Shown here one piece after another: positions 24,840 to 38,336 of a stretch of 64,000 bases of DNA. The notes beneath the pieces are model-generated. The model was not told the DNA's origin and did not search any database. It was given only the letters and a program-made list of their open reading frames with translations. Each line of letters starts with the position of its first letter. Position 1 is the first letter of the stretch. Source of the DNA: Heterodontus francisci (taxonomy: Eukaryota); contig NC_090376.1 in the NCBI RefSeq assembly GCF_036365525.1, positions 138,024,986 through 138,088,985 of the forward strand. Reading direction: 5' to 3'. A program made the translations under genes and the position numbers.

Positions 24840-26700
24840 TGTTATAACCGAGGCTGGAGGTGCACACTGTCTTTGTCTAGTTCCACCTCTCCACAGGTCA
24901 CAACATATATCAAAATGTTTTACCCAGTTACTAATATGGCCAATTATATACTCTATTTTTAGTTTCAGAATAAAATCTACCAACCAGGTTTCTTTAACAA
25001 ACAACAAAATTATTAATTTGTTATAAAACAAAACTCATTCAATAAAGCCACAGCTTACTAACACATAGGTTGAAATATGAAAGTATAAATTGTTATGAGA
25101 ATTCCTTTTTTTGTTAAATTTTGAGAATTTGAGTTTTAAAACTGAAAAAGAATCAATGGGTGTGTTTTTTTTTACAAGTGTCACAGAGAGATTTGAATTG
25201 TAATCAGTTACTGGAAGGCACCTGCCTTCAAGTAATTTCCCAACAGGGATTGTTTTTGACTAGGGGGAGATGTTTACCGAGAAGTGACAGAGCGGTCAGG
25301 AGGCTTGACCTACGGAATGTTTTTGGTTTCACTTTGAATTATTACAAAAGGAAATTGGGGATGAACAGTGGTTTGAAAAGAAGTTACAGAGTCACCTTTC
25401 CAAGAAGAATAAACCACCCCAACTCAGTCTGTTCCTGCTCTTTGAAACAAAAAGTTGCCAGTTTTCCATTTCTCAAGGAGCTGAGCAGCAAGTGTATGAC
25501 GCAGACTAAACTGTTGCCGCATTTCTCCTGTAAGGCCCGTGACTGAAACCTCTGTTGCTGCATTTCCTGGAAGCCTACTGTAACTAATCTTCAAAGAACT
25601 GTTCTAGGAAGATCCCAGTGACAGCCGTATATACGCATTTGGGACTCCAAACCAAAACATAGGACATCTTTCCATATCTTCTCTTTCTTCTTCAATAATT
25701 AGCAAGTATTTAGTCTGTGCTTTTTTTTTCTCTGTTTTTTTTGTCCTACAGCTCTAAAGAGTAAATCTCTTCATTTTTTCAGTTAACCAGTGTATGTGTG
25801 CATGTTTGAGGGGCTAAGGTAAAAAGGGAACTTTAATATTTCAATCTGTGTTTGTGCTTTACTTCATTACTGGTTAAGACTTGCTTTATAATAGACTGAT
25901 AATTTTGTTGTTTATTAAAGAAACCTGATTGGTGTGTTTTATTCTGTGAAAAGTAGAGTATATGATTGACTGTATCGGTAAGTGGGAAAACTTAAATATA
26001 TGTTGTGACCTGTGGAGATGTGGAACTGTCTCAATCGTAACAAAATATATACCCTTATAAAGTAACCCCAACACACATGCACACACTGGTTAAAGGAAAA
26101 ATAAAGAAGTTTTCTCTGCAGAGATTCAGTTTACAAAAAAGACAGAAAAAATACTTTGGCCAAATACTTGTTAATTCTTGAAGAAAAGGGATAAGATATG
26201 GTATCTTCTCAGCTGGTCCTTTCGTCTGGCATCCAGATACACGCAGGCGGTGTCACTGATATCTTTTTGGAGCAGTTCTGTTCATGTGATTTCAAGGATT
26301 AGTCTGGAAGGCTTTTCAAGAGAAATTCTGCATCAGGCTTTCAGCTATCACACTAGATTCTCAGGGTTTCTCAAAGAGATGGAAAAGTATGAGTTGGTGG
26401 CTTCTCTCTTAGCAGGTTTACCCCAACTGACCCAAACAATATCCAAAACAAATCAACTTTTGACCACCATAAATCTTGACATGTCACTTCTCTGTAAACA
26501 ACTCCCATAGTCAGAAGGCTTCTGCTGTTTACTTAGCTTAAGACATGTGACTTACAGTAAGTGTGTTTTTAAACAAAGTCCCAAGTCCTTCCAGTGACCT
26601 TTAAAAAAAATCCCAAGTCCAGCAGCTCCTCAGATATTTCCACAGACTTTTACACACAAGTCCTCAAAAAATATTAAAACATGGAAACACCTTCATAACA
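24840..26700 (-). mobile_element. Solo LTR (host of a nested LTR)
   Basis: TGTTAT...ATAACA termini. 24840-25030 is the reverse complement of the 3' end of the LTRs at 25091-26042 and 31079-32556. TSD degraded (ATGG/ATTA). Confidence 0.75.
25091..26042 (+). mobile_element. Solo LTR nested in the opposite orientation
   Basis: TGTTATGA...CGTAACA termini with a perfect 4-bp TSD AAAT/AAAT. Confidence 0.9.
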
Positions 26701-29700
26701 ATTATTAGAGCCAAAGAGCTAGAAGGTGGTCTTAACCTTCCAGGAACAATTCATCCATTCTTCAATTTCCTTCAAATAAAGTTACTGTAATTTATGCCTC
26801 AAAATGAAGGAATTATAAAAGCTCCCATGAAAATAATCCAAGGTCTGTATGACGCAGTGTTAACGGTCACTGCTAAGTTCTGAGGTTTTTATTTTAGATA
26901 TTTTTCTCAGATGCAACATCTCAGACCATTCCTTCCAATTGAAGAGCCCTCATTATCTAAGATCCAGATATACCTTTACCTACTCAATATCTAGGCAATT
27001 TCTGGTGAGCCAAGGAATTGAACAAAAACTTATTATTTTGGCTAATGGTTATGTCACATGCCTTCTTGTGATTCCTCTATTTCAGATGGCAGTGAGATTA
27101 CATTTTCACCAGACTGGCTTAAGTTATAAACTGCCAAATATATTTATCAAACAGTAAATGGATAAGTGCACATAAGCAATGACACATTCTAGACTTACTG
27201 GCCCTGGATTCACCCCACCTTTTTGGTAAACTTCAGCATAAGAGTAGTGTTGCGGCATATTTTCCTGAGGAACTTTTTAGATATCTGAGTTGTGTCAGAT
27301 TTACACCAATACACTGGCATATGCAGATTTCTTTGATCAATTGTGCTGCTTCCAATACCTATCTGGAAAAAAAAACCTCTGCAGCCCATTACATAGATTC
27401 AACCCAACTCACTTGAATTTTATGTATTTGCTCCAGTAATATGTTTGCAGAGATTTATACCCAAAATCTAGAAGTAAAGTCACCTGATATTGGCATAACT
27501 GACATTTCTGGAATTTAATAGCATTTTTCTTCATGATCTATTTTCTAATTTTTCATACTGAGACCTGCATGCTACTTAACCAAAGTACTGTCAATGTCAG
27601 TGTACAGACCACTGCTTCCTCTATACACTCAGAAGGACGAAACAGTTGGAATGGCCTCCCCAATGGACAGCTATCCCTTCTGCAGCCAAAGCAAAGGGCT
27701 CTGAGAGTGGGTCACCACAGTGGATCCCTTGCTATAATCGTATTGGCAATGCTGTATTTGCACTTACCTAATGACAGTTTTTACATTCAAGCCTAGGCAA
27801 ATAAGCTGCACAGGAAATTTTGACGCAAGTCCACATCAACAAGATCAACATAGAAACCAGCAAAAATCTCAGTGCAATTTCTATGTAAGTGCGATCCAGG
27901 GAATCCAGGGATAAACGATTCCTTCTTTGAAGATAAACATTGTCACATCTTCTTTGTTAAACTGTAATATGCTGCAGATAAGATTGCTGAATGTTAAACA
28001 TTCATTTGGCAGAATAAATATCCCCTCTAACATTCATAAAGAAAGGACTTATGAGTCATAAAGAAAATGATTTTCAAATTAACCCAATTTGCATGTGCAA
28101 TTAGTATAATTGATTAATATTATTCTAATTAGCTTAGCAGTATCCCTGTCAGAATTTTTATAGTGATTACTGAGAACACAATAACATTAACACAAAAAGA
28201 ACAATTCTACTGATCATGCAATGCTAAGAAACCTGCTGTTAAAGGTGAATGCAAATTTTGTTCATGTTTTATAAATTATATGACAGATCATTTCTAACAA
28301 AAGAAAATGTTTCATACTCGAGTAAATTACTGTTCTAGAATTCACAACAAATTGTTAGCTTTGCTCTTGCAAAACTTCATTTAATGATACTGGAAAACAT
28401 TACAAAACTATCTATTTCATAGTGTTATCAATGTTATTTAATTGGCGTGTCTTGTCATTTTTCAATTCAAAAGCCCTATGTCAACAGACCCCATGAATTA
28501 TCAATGTTAATGTTGTTTACCATGTAACTTATGTTATATCTTCTGCATTCTACCCTGTCGTGTTTATAGTAGGAATTTCCAATAATATATTGGTCTGTAG
28601 TTACCGTGTACTTGAAAATACGTTGAAGCTGCACACTGTCATAGGCACACAGCACTCAGTGGAATCTGAGAGTACATTTTCGAAATATTTCTTTCAACTG
28701 GGATGCTATTTTTTTTGGATGTGATTTTTATTTTCAGTTAACTTTATTCTTAATTGCATTTCAACTTATATTTTTAAGCAGATGCTGTAGTTTTCCTACA
28801 GGGTTTTCTCGCTCCTCCATTGCTGTATTAAAGGATTAGTAGGACTGTCCAGTTGCGGCCCTGTCCTGTGCTCTGCTTGCACCCCCAATGGACTTCCTTG
28901 CACAGGATTTTGTCACAGATCCTTCCCTTGATACAGTTTTGAGGACAATGAAACAATGAGACATAGTTTTTATGTATTAAAACTTTGATATAACCCACTA
29001 CATTGCAGTGCCCGTGAGAATGGTATCATATCACATTCACTGGCAATGGATTCATCAGCCTCGTTAGCATGCCTTTATGATTGCTCATGCTAGCCAAAGC
29101 AAGACTAGGTAAAAGTCCTAAAAGAGCTCTAGTGCTTTCTATCTTCATGGGATTAATTACATCGGCCCAAATTAATGGTAATTAATGGTAATAAGTTCCA
29201 TCTAAGTGCAAATAATGTGTGAATGCAGTTGCCTAATAGGTAATCACACTGAGTGACATGACTGCTCCCTTTCCCCATGCATTACTACCATTCTTTACTT
29301 ATTTTTCTCTCTACATGAGTGCCCATGACGGTTAGACATAGCTTTCACTTAACTATTTCTCTTCAGTATTTATTACAGAACACAAACCAGAGTTCATTTA
29401 ATCTCCTAATTTCCTACACAGCTTTTCTTTTCTCTAGCTTTCCATTAATTCCTGACACCCTTGTATGTTTCATTTTGAGCTCAGTACACCATAATACTCA
29501 GGACCTAAAACTCAAGATCACTTAATTTCCTGACTTCTGGCCCAATTTGTTCTTTGTCACAAGGCCCCTTTTAATTAATTATTACTGAAGCTCATGTTTA
29601 CTACCTCAAAATATTATGCTCCCAATACTAATGCGCTCCAAACAAAAAGCCCAAACACTATTGATAATTTATTTGAATTAACTTTACTGAGTAGCTTCTT

Positions 29701-29756
29701 CAGTATTGCTGCTTTGAATTCAACAGAAGAGGTAAGACAGTGGCATACACAAATAC

Positions 29757-30418
29757 AGGGGGGCAGGGAGGTGGGCGGCCTGTTGCCAAGCAATCTTCCT
29801 GGGGCGGAATAGACCAACAATGGCCTTCCCGCCCAAAGGCTAATTGAGGCCCTTAAGTGGCCTATTAATAGCCAATTAAGGGCCTCTTCCCGCCACCGCT
29901 GAGATCTTACCAGTGACGGGGTGCCTTGTAAAATGACGCACCCTCCCTGCAGGCTTCAAGGGGCAGGGGGAAGGTTGATCCCTCCTTCACGGGCAATTTG
30001 TGGCCCATGAAGAACCCCCACCAGGAGCCACTTTACAGAACCCCGCACCACCCCTGGACTGCATAACTCCCTTGTCCATCAGACTGGCCCTGGCGACCCC
30101 ACCTCACCTACCTCTGTTCTGGGGTTCCAGCGCTGGGCTTGGGTGCAAGTCCTCCGCTGTACCAGCAATCGCCACTGCTCTTAGTGGCACTGTCAATACT
30201 GCTGAGCTGCTGGCTTTCTGATTGGCCGGCAACTGTTGGAGGTGGGATCCCTGTCTTTAAAGGGACGGGGATCCCACCTCCTGAAGCTCTCATTTAAAAA
30301 GACCAATGGAGCTCTCTGGGGCGGCGGGGGGGGGGGGTCCCTGAAAAGACAGAGGCGGGTTTCCCCTGCCTTTTCAGCCTGGCGCCAGGAGCCCCGCCTC
30401 CAGCATATAATCCAGCCC
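29757..30418. mobile_element. Harbinger-type MITE (left end lost)
   Basis: Right TIR TAATCCAGCCC. Interior colinear with 45284-45990 (CCCTTAAGTGGCC, CTGATTGGCCGGCA). Confidence 0.75.
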
Positions 30419-31339
30419 ATAGTTGGAGGAGGGCAGGGGGTTCATACATCAGGGGAGATCAGAGACGAAGTTGGAAATTGGAGAGAGATCAGAGAGAGAG
30501 TTGGACCTTGGGCATCAAAGACAGGTGAGTCGGACGTCAGGGGTCCAATCATCGGGTGGGGGTGGTTGACTGATTGTGGGATTCAATTGTCGGGGAGGGA
30601 AGCAGGTAACCTCAGTGATTCGGAAGAAAGCACATCTGCTTCTCCTGGTCCAAAAACAGTGCTGTATGTGCATCTATCTGATGGATCTTTTAAAAAAATA
30701 TCCCAGTTGTTTTCTAACTAAAGCTGCACTTCTCTGATATCCTTTTAGTGAACCTTTTCTGCAGCTTTTGCATGACCTTAACTTGTTTTCTGAGTTAGGA
30801 CAGAAAAACATATAAATTTAGCAGTATCTCTGTGCTTTTGCATTCTTTGCCTCAAGATCATTTTTTTCACAGCTTTATCAATTGTATATCTGAATGTCTA
30901 AATCTCTCCACTTTTCTATTCCTCTTTGAGTTTTACCATTTGCTGTTTATTAACTCTCCTTATTCACCTTCCATAAATATGTTGCCTCATAATTCTCCAT
31001 TTAAATTTAATCTGACATCCATCTGCCAGTCTATACCCTGTCTATGTCCTCCTGAAATCACCTGAGTCTTCTTCACAGTGTTATGATAGTACTTCTATAT
31101 TTTTTGTTAGATTTTTTTGAGGACTCGTATTTTAGAAATGGACATTGTATTATTTGGGAAAACTGAAAAGGATTCCATGGATTTTTTTTTAACTGGGGTC
31201 ATTAAAAGAAGTCATTGGAAGACCTTTTGGATATGGGATGTAAACAACCCTTACTGAAAGCCACCTGCCCACCCAGCAGGGGCTTTTTGACCTGGGAAGA
31301 ATGCTTACAGAGAAATGACAGGCCAGGATTTATATAAAA

Positions 31340-31657
31340 GGTAATGAATGAATAAATACTTACCTCATTGTGCTGGTCATCCCGCTCCAATATTCCGGCC
31401 GGTGTCTGGAATTCCCGTGCCTTCATATATCCGGGTGGAGATGGTGCCGGCGCCTGCGCAGTGGCGCCGAATGGTGTTGCCGGGGATGCAGCACCCGCAC
31501 CCTCTACTTCAACATAGGTGGGCATTCCACCCCCTCCATGTAAATGAGCTGCCGCGCTAAATATCGCAGTGGCTCGGCAGTGCACATCTCGCGCATGTGC
31601 CCTGTCGTTTTTGAAGCTCGCTGCTGAGATCGGCGGCGAGCTGGAACAATTCAGCCC
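31340..31657. mobile_element. Harbinger-type MITE right half inside the solo LTR
   Basis: Right TIR AATTCAGCCC. ATGGTGCCGGCGCCTGCGCA motif shared with 40812-40850 and 61310-61340. Confidence 0.75.
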
Positions 31658-32082
31658 ATTGTTTTTGGTTTCACTTTGGACAGTTAGTTGAGGTTGGAAA
31701 GGAGTTTAAAAAATCAACCTGCCAAGGACAAAACCCCAGCTCAGCCTTTTCCCATCACTTTGAAAAACCTGCCAGCTTTTCCATCTCTTTGAGAAGTTCT
31801 TAGAAGCGAGTGTAAGAAATAGAGAAATTGATGCTGCATTCCTCCTGAAAGGCCTGCCAGAAATCCCTGTTGCCACATTTCTCCTAGAAAGCCTGATAAA
31901 CAGATCTTCAACGTCGGCTGAAAAGAGCTGTTCTAGAAAATTCCCAGTGACAGCTGTCTATTCATATTTAGGAGGCCAAAACATAAAGGGACAACTGACG
32001 TCTTTCCATATTTTCTCTTTTTTCTTCAAGAATTAGCAAGTATGTGGCCAAAGTTTTGTAAAAGAGCTCTAAAGAGAAAATC

Positions 32083-32310
32083 NNNNNNNNNNNNNNNNNN
32101 NNNNNNNNNNNNNNNNNNNNNNNNNNNNNNNNNNNNNNNNNNNNNNNNNNNNNNNNNNNNNNNNNNNNNNNNNNNNNNNNNNNNNNNNNNNNNNNNNNNN
32201 NNNNNNNNNNNNNNNNNNNNNNNNNNNNNNNNNNNNNNNNNNNNNNNNNNNNNNNNNNNNNNNNNNNNNNNNNNNNNNNNNNNNNNNNNNNNNNNNNNNN
32301 NNNNNNNNNN
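32083..32310. other. Assembly gap (228 N)
   Basis: Run of N. Confidence 1.
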
Positions 32311-32559
32311 GGAAACTTTCATATTTCAGTCTGCGTGTTAATGCTTTGCTTCGTTACTGGTTAAGACTTGTTTTATAATCAACTGATAATTTTGTTGTTA
32401 ATTAAAGAAAGTTGGTTGGTGTATTTTATTCTGGGATAAAAATAGGGTCTGTGATTGACTGTATCAGTAACTGAATAAACATTTAAATATATGTTGTAAG
32501 CTGTGGAGAAGTGGAACTAAAAAAAACAGTACACTCCTCCCACGTCAATCATAACAACA

Positions 32560-32800
32560 GTAATTTTGATATACCCAAGCCCAGATCATTTTTATATATT
32601 GAGAAGAACAATAGACCTAACAATGACGCCTGAGTGATACCATTGTTAATATGCGCCCAGTCCAACAAACAGTAATTAACCACTATTGTTTTTGATCCTT
32701 TTAGTAGCTTTCTATTATGCTGACACACTCCCTTTAATACCTTGTAACTTAATTTTATCAACAAGTGCTTGGTCTGCTTATTTTTGGATAACCAGATATG
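32560..32800 (-). mobile_element. Ancient CR1-like RT fragment
   Basis: NGITQASLLGLLFFSIYKNDL resembles the RT motif SGVPQGSVLGPLLF.IYINDL. Confidence 0.6.
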
Positions 32801-34389
32801 CCAAATTGAAATGGCTATTTTTTTTGATCCAAATTCAAATGATGTAATCAAAGGCTCCCTTACTTCAATGACTTAATCACAACTATATTTGCATCTGTGA
32901 CCTTTGTTAGCATTGCTGAGCAATCTACCTAAAACAGGAACTAATATCTGTATCAATTCATCAAAATCTTTATTTCCACAAGAGATTTTGACATAGCAGT
33001 GGACAGAAAAATAGGGAATAATTGAAATACTCAAAAACCTGGGCATAAGAGGCTCAAACAGAGCCTGACTGTTTGCTCAAATAGTCCTGTGGTTTTTTCT
33101 GTATCTGTTTGATGAATATAGCACAATTCACTACATTAGAGCACACTCACTACTTCTCATTACTAGCATCAAATAAGTAGAGGCCACCACTGTTAATTGT
33201 TCTTTCTTCAATCCCTTGTCCGTGGAGATTTCAATAATATGGTGGTAAGACTTTAATTTACTGTAAATATGGGGTAAGCATACCTCTGCAATGCAGTCAA
33301 TAGTATGATTATTATATTTAATAATGTACAAGGACTTCTATTTTATATTTACAACTAGCAGAATTTCTTTTATAATATGCAATCTGTCAGTTTGGCAGTA
33401 TTAATCAGCTAGGGGGAAAACACATTTGTGCAGCTTTAATTTAATTAAGTTTCCTAACCTGTGGTTCAATTTTGTCACATTTAGGTAGATCATTGTAAAC
33501 TTTCCCCTCCTAAGTTCCTTTCTTGAAATAAAGCAAAACATTCCATTTCTAATCGTATCTGGTTTGTCGATTCCACTTCCTTTGGTAACTCTAAACCACG
33601 TCCAGATTTATTTAGTGCATGTTTAGCACACTGTGTCAATGCAAACCCTTGCAGGGAGCTGCCCAGTGGAGCACATTGTTAGCCCACCCTTTCAAGGGTG
33701 CAGAGCCTGGAGCCAGCCACCTTGAGACTTGCGACTGATTAAAGTGGTAACCAGCGAGATACTGGTTCCAAATGGGCATTACAGTGTCATCCATCGGATT
33801 CAGGACAGCTGAATATTAGGCAACCTAGAGGCCATCAGACTGGCTGTAAGGTAGGTCCTGGGGTCGATCGCAATCACAACTAGTGTTGGGTAAGGAGCAG
33901 TCGGTAGGTGGGGATCCCAGGGAGGCCAGGGTCCATATTCTTTTTATGGTACCAAGAGAACCACTCCTGCTCCTTCTGAATGCAGAAAAATAATTTAAAA
34001 CGTACATTCTTAGGCTCTCTTCAGCACTATTGCCTGTGAAATTGATCGGAGAGGGCATAGTGCACTCCAAATCAGAATCAGGATATGTCATAGTATCAAT
34101 GTTCATATTAAAAGGACATGCTGCCTGAACGGGCAAGTGCTTTAGCTGACCAACAGTAGGTCCCTGTGAAAGTGACAGCGGGCCAATCATTAAGAGACAG
34201 TGAGTCCACTGACCAATTTTACAGTCTTTACAGCTTGTAAACATTGGTTTCACTCGGTTAAAATTATCTCTCGTGGTTCTGCAGAACTATTGATGTATAA
34301 GCATTTAGAAGCATCCATCACTCTTCAGCTATCATACTAGAAATTTCTAAACATTTCGGAAAAATTGCATTAATAAGCATAAAGGTTTT

Positions 34390-35069
34390 GGGATATATTT
34401 TGATCTCAAAGTAATGGGTGAAGCTAATGACACTCATTGTTATTTACGCACAAATGGTGCAGAAATTTCAGGCGAGGGGGAGATGAACGTCTAAACACAA
34501 ATATCCAAAATTTGCTATCCAAGTTGTAACCTTCCACTGTTAGCTTCCCGAAAACAGTACCTCCCTGTCTGTCTCACCATTAAAGTACGTTGAACAGCGT
34601 GAAGTTGCTGCACTTGCGTGGGAGCTCAGTCTTGTCATTTTAATTGTAAGTACTCTTTCTCGGATGCACTGTGTTAATCACTGGCAATCAACCACTTTGA
34701 CACTGAAAATTAGTCACTGAAGATAGTTTAATGTCAAATTTAAAAATGATTTATTTATTAACCTTTTCTTTCCCACTCTTTTTTTTCTTTCTACACCTGA
34801 TTTGATGTTGTATTCCTGACTCTAACTTACGCTTCCTTCTCAGTCCCCATGCTGTTAATTTCACAATCCTTCAATCTGATTGGTTAAGGAGATACACAGC
34901 AGCTTGCCCTGTTCACCCATATTCTAATGCCTGGTTTCCCTCGCTGTGACATTATCAGTTCATACTTTCAGCAACTTGCCATTCAAATAATTAAAAACCT
35001 AAACATGGAAGACCAAGTCTAATGAATGGCAGATGTTGTTAGATGCCCTGCTGCAGCAAAATCTGGGCC
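34390..35069. mobile_element. Old MITE-like element with degenerate Harbinger-like termini
   Basis: GGGATATATTTTG ... CAAAATCTGGGCC. Confidence 0.4.
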
Positions 35070-35657
35070 ATTAAAAAAAATGTGATTGAGTTACTGACTT
35101 AAAATTCCACTTATTCATTTCATGCTATATTTTCGGATAAGGTGCTATAAATTCTAAAGCACCTTCCACTCTGCAAGCTTTTCCCAATGAATCCCAATGA
35201 ACAACAACTAAATTTGGGAGGTAACTTTAACCCCACTCACACACAGGCTGGAACTGTGCTTAATTAGTCCTGTCCCTTTAAAATGACAAAGTACACTAGG
35301 TTCCTGTGAAAGTGACAGTGGGCCAATCGTTGACATTAATAGGACATTAAGTCCACTGACTACGAAGTGCAACCTTTTATCCCCTCCTCAGCCCTTTTTT
35401 GCTTTAAGTTTTTGCTCCTTAGTGATTTTTGTCAGTCTCCAATGTTTGCCCTCCGCTTGCAGCCAATTACCTTTAAATTAATGCAACCCTTAAAATGGCT
35501 GCTGCAGGCTTTTGGGTGGCAATTCCACAATGTTAACTGTGCAAGTCCCCAGCAATGTGCAGGTTCAATCCCAGGAGCTTGCCATGAATGTGGAATTAGG
35601 GCTAATAATGCAAGATTTAATTGAGAATGGCCACATGTAGTGTATTCAGCTGTAAAG

Positions 35658-35751
35658 TCTGGGACCCTTGACGTTTCTAGTGTACAGTAATGACTTAGAC
35701 ATGAATATAGGAAGTATGATAAGTAAGCTCGCAGACGACATGAAAATTGGT
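35658..35751 (+). repeat. 94-bp copy of the RT core of the adjacent CR1 (36988-37081)
   Basis: Ungapped match with about 8 differences by eye. No other LINE sequence flanks it. Confidence 0.9.
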
Positions 35752-36074
35752 CAGCACTAAGGAAGTGCTGACCTCAGAAAATTGGTCCCTATTTTACTTT
35801 TCCAGGAAAGCAACTCTAGAGCCAGGCCTCCTGACAATTGACCATGGATGGTGGTAAATCTAATTTGCATTTATGGTATGATGTATTTTCTGAATAATGA
35901 GTTCCTACCCTTTGGTTCTGGACTGTAAACTTCAGTTGAACTACCAACTTCAGTAACACTGTCGAATTTTGCTCTCTAAGATAAAATTTACAGTCATTAG
36001 TTTTCAGCTATTGTTTTCATGTTTGTGTTCACTGATAAATTCTGGCTCATCTAGTATAGAAAGTGTGGGGGGGG

Positions 36075-37978
36075 GGGTACTAAAAATGTAATTAGGAGAA
36101 TGAAGAGGGGACATGAAAAAACATTGGCGGGCAAGATAAAGGAAAATCCTAAGGCATTTTATAAGTATATTAAGGGCAAGCAGATAACCAGGGAAAGAGT
36201 AGGGCCCATTAGGGACCAAAGTGGCAATCTGTGTGTGGAGCCAGAGGACATAGGTGAGGATTTAAATGATTACTATTCATCTGTTTTCACTGTGGAGAAG
36301 GACAATGTAGGTGTTGAGATCAGGGAGGGGGATTGCAATATACTTGAAAATATTAACATTGAAAGGGAGGAAGTATTAGATGTTTTAGCAGGCTTAAAAG
36401 TGGGATAAATCCCCAGGCCCAGATGAGATGTATCCCAGGCTGTTAAATGAGGCAAGAGAGGTGATATCAGGGGCTCTGACACAAATTTTCAGATCCTCTC
36501 TGGCCTCGGGAGAAGTGCCAGAAGATTGGAAGACAGCGAATGTAGTACCATTATTCAAGAAGGGTAGCAGGGGTAGACCAGGTAATTACAGGCCGGTGAG
36601 TCTAATATCAGTGGTTGGGAAACTATTGGAAAAATTTCTGAGGGACAGGATTAATCTCCACTTGGAGAGGCAGGGAATAATCAGGGATAGGCAGCACGGC
36701 TTTGTCAGGGGAAAATCGTGTCTAACTAACTTGATTGAATTTTTCGAAGAGGTGACAAGATGTGTAGATGAGGGTAAAGCAGTTGATGTAGTCTACATGG
36801 ATGTCAGTAAGGCTTTTGATAAGGTCCCGCATGGAAGATTGGTTAAGAAGGTAAGAGTCCATGGGATTCAGGGAAATTTGGCAAATTGGATCCAAAATTG
36901 GCTTAGTGGCAGGAAACAGAGGGTAATGGTCGAGGGTTGTTTTTGAGAGTGAAAGCCTGTGACTAGTGGTGTACCACAGGGATCAGTTCTGGGACCTTTG
37001 CTGTTTATAGTGTACAGTAATAATTTAGACGTGAATATAGGAAGTATGATAAGTAAACTCGCAGACGACATGAAAATTGGTGGTGTTGTAAATGGTGAGG
37101 AAGAAAGCCTTAGATTACAGGACGATATAGATGGGCTGATAAGATGGGCGGAGCAGTGGCAAATGGAATTTAATCCTGAGAAGTGTGAGGTGGTGCATTT
37201 TGGGAGGACTAACAAGGCAAGGGAATATACAATGGATGGTAGGACTCTAGGAAGTACAGAGGGTCAGAGGGACCTTGGTGTATTTGTCCATAGATCACCG
37301 AAGGCAGCAGCACAGGTAGATAAGGTGGTTAGGAAGGCATATGGGATACTTGCCTTTATTAGCGAGGCATAGAATATAAGAGCAGGGAGGTTATGATGGA
37401 GTTGTACAAAATGCTAGTTAGGCCACAGCTGGAGTACTGTGCACAGTTCTGGGCATCACACTATAAGAAGGATGTGATTGCACTGGAGAGGGTGCAGAGG
37501 AGAGTCACTAGGATGTTGCCTGGGCTGGAGCATTTCAGCTATGAAGAGAGACTGAAAAGGCTCAGGTTGTTTTCCTTAGAGCTGAGAAGGATGAGGGGGG
37601 ACTTGATTGAGATATACAAACTTATGGGGTGCATTGATAGGTTAGAGAGGAAGAGACTTTTTCCCTTAGCAGAGGGGTCAATAACCAGGGGGCATAGATT
37701 TAAGGTAAGAGGCAGGAGGTTTAGAGGGGATTTGAGGAAAAAAAATTTCACCCAGAGGGTGGTTGGAATCTGGAATACACTGCCTGTAGGGGTGGTAGAG
37801 GTAGGAACCCTCACAACATTTAAGAGGTATTTAGATGAGCACTTGAAATGCCATAGCATGCAAGGCTACGGGCCAAGTACTGGAAAATGGGACTAGAATA
37901 GTTAGGTGCTTGATGGCCAGCACAGACACGATGGGCCGAAGGGCCTGTTTCTGTGCTGTATAACTCTATGACTCTATA
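36075..37978 (+). mobile_element. 5'-truncated CR1 LINE (HER1-like), RT with stops and frameshifts
   Basis: KENPKAFYKYI, WKTANVVPLFKKG, NYRPVSL, QHGF, KAFDKVPH, SGVPQGSVLGP, LADD, LVRPQLEYC, FTQRVVGIWN. Ends in an ACTCTATG tandem tail. Confidence 0.95.
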
Positions 37979-38336
37979 ATCTGTGCTATGGGTAGGTATT
38001 GGTAAAGCAGAGCTTCTCCATGTAATTGGACTACTTTTAAACTCTTTGATCATAATTCTAGGTCTTGTGTTTAATATTTGCATGACTTGCTGACACTTGC
38101 TCTGATATTAAGTCTAGTTTCCTTTCCCATCAGCCACAAACTTCCAAATACTCTTGGAATCTTTTTTCTGTTAAATTAAGCTTTGTTCAGTGTTCCACTT
38201 GACTGACCTTTTGAAGATTTAATGGTCTGTTATGGTCAGTCAGGTCTGCGATTTCTCCATTTCCAATACTTATCGATTTCCTTCAAAAATAAGCAACCAT
38301 TGTCATTAAGTTCCATTAGAAGTCATGTTTTTAGAA

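Larger units (their letters stand above)
31079..32556 (+). mobile_element. Solo LTR (same family as 25091-26042), containing a MITE fragment and a gap
   Basis: TGTTATGA...CATAACA termini with a perfect 4-bp TSD ACAG/ACAG. Confidence 0.9.

Noticed and set aside
34158-35360. ~55-bp direct repeat (TAGGT.CCTGTGAAAGTGACAG.GGGCCAATC) at ~34158 and ~35297 as an array or LTR pair
   Set aside because: Only two diverged copies with no TG..CA ends or spacer structure. Most likely two old copies of one dispersed repeat.
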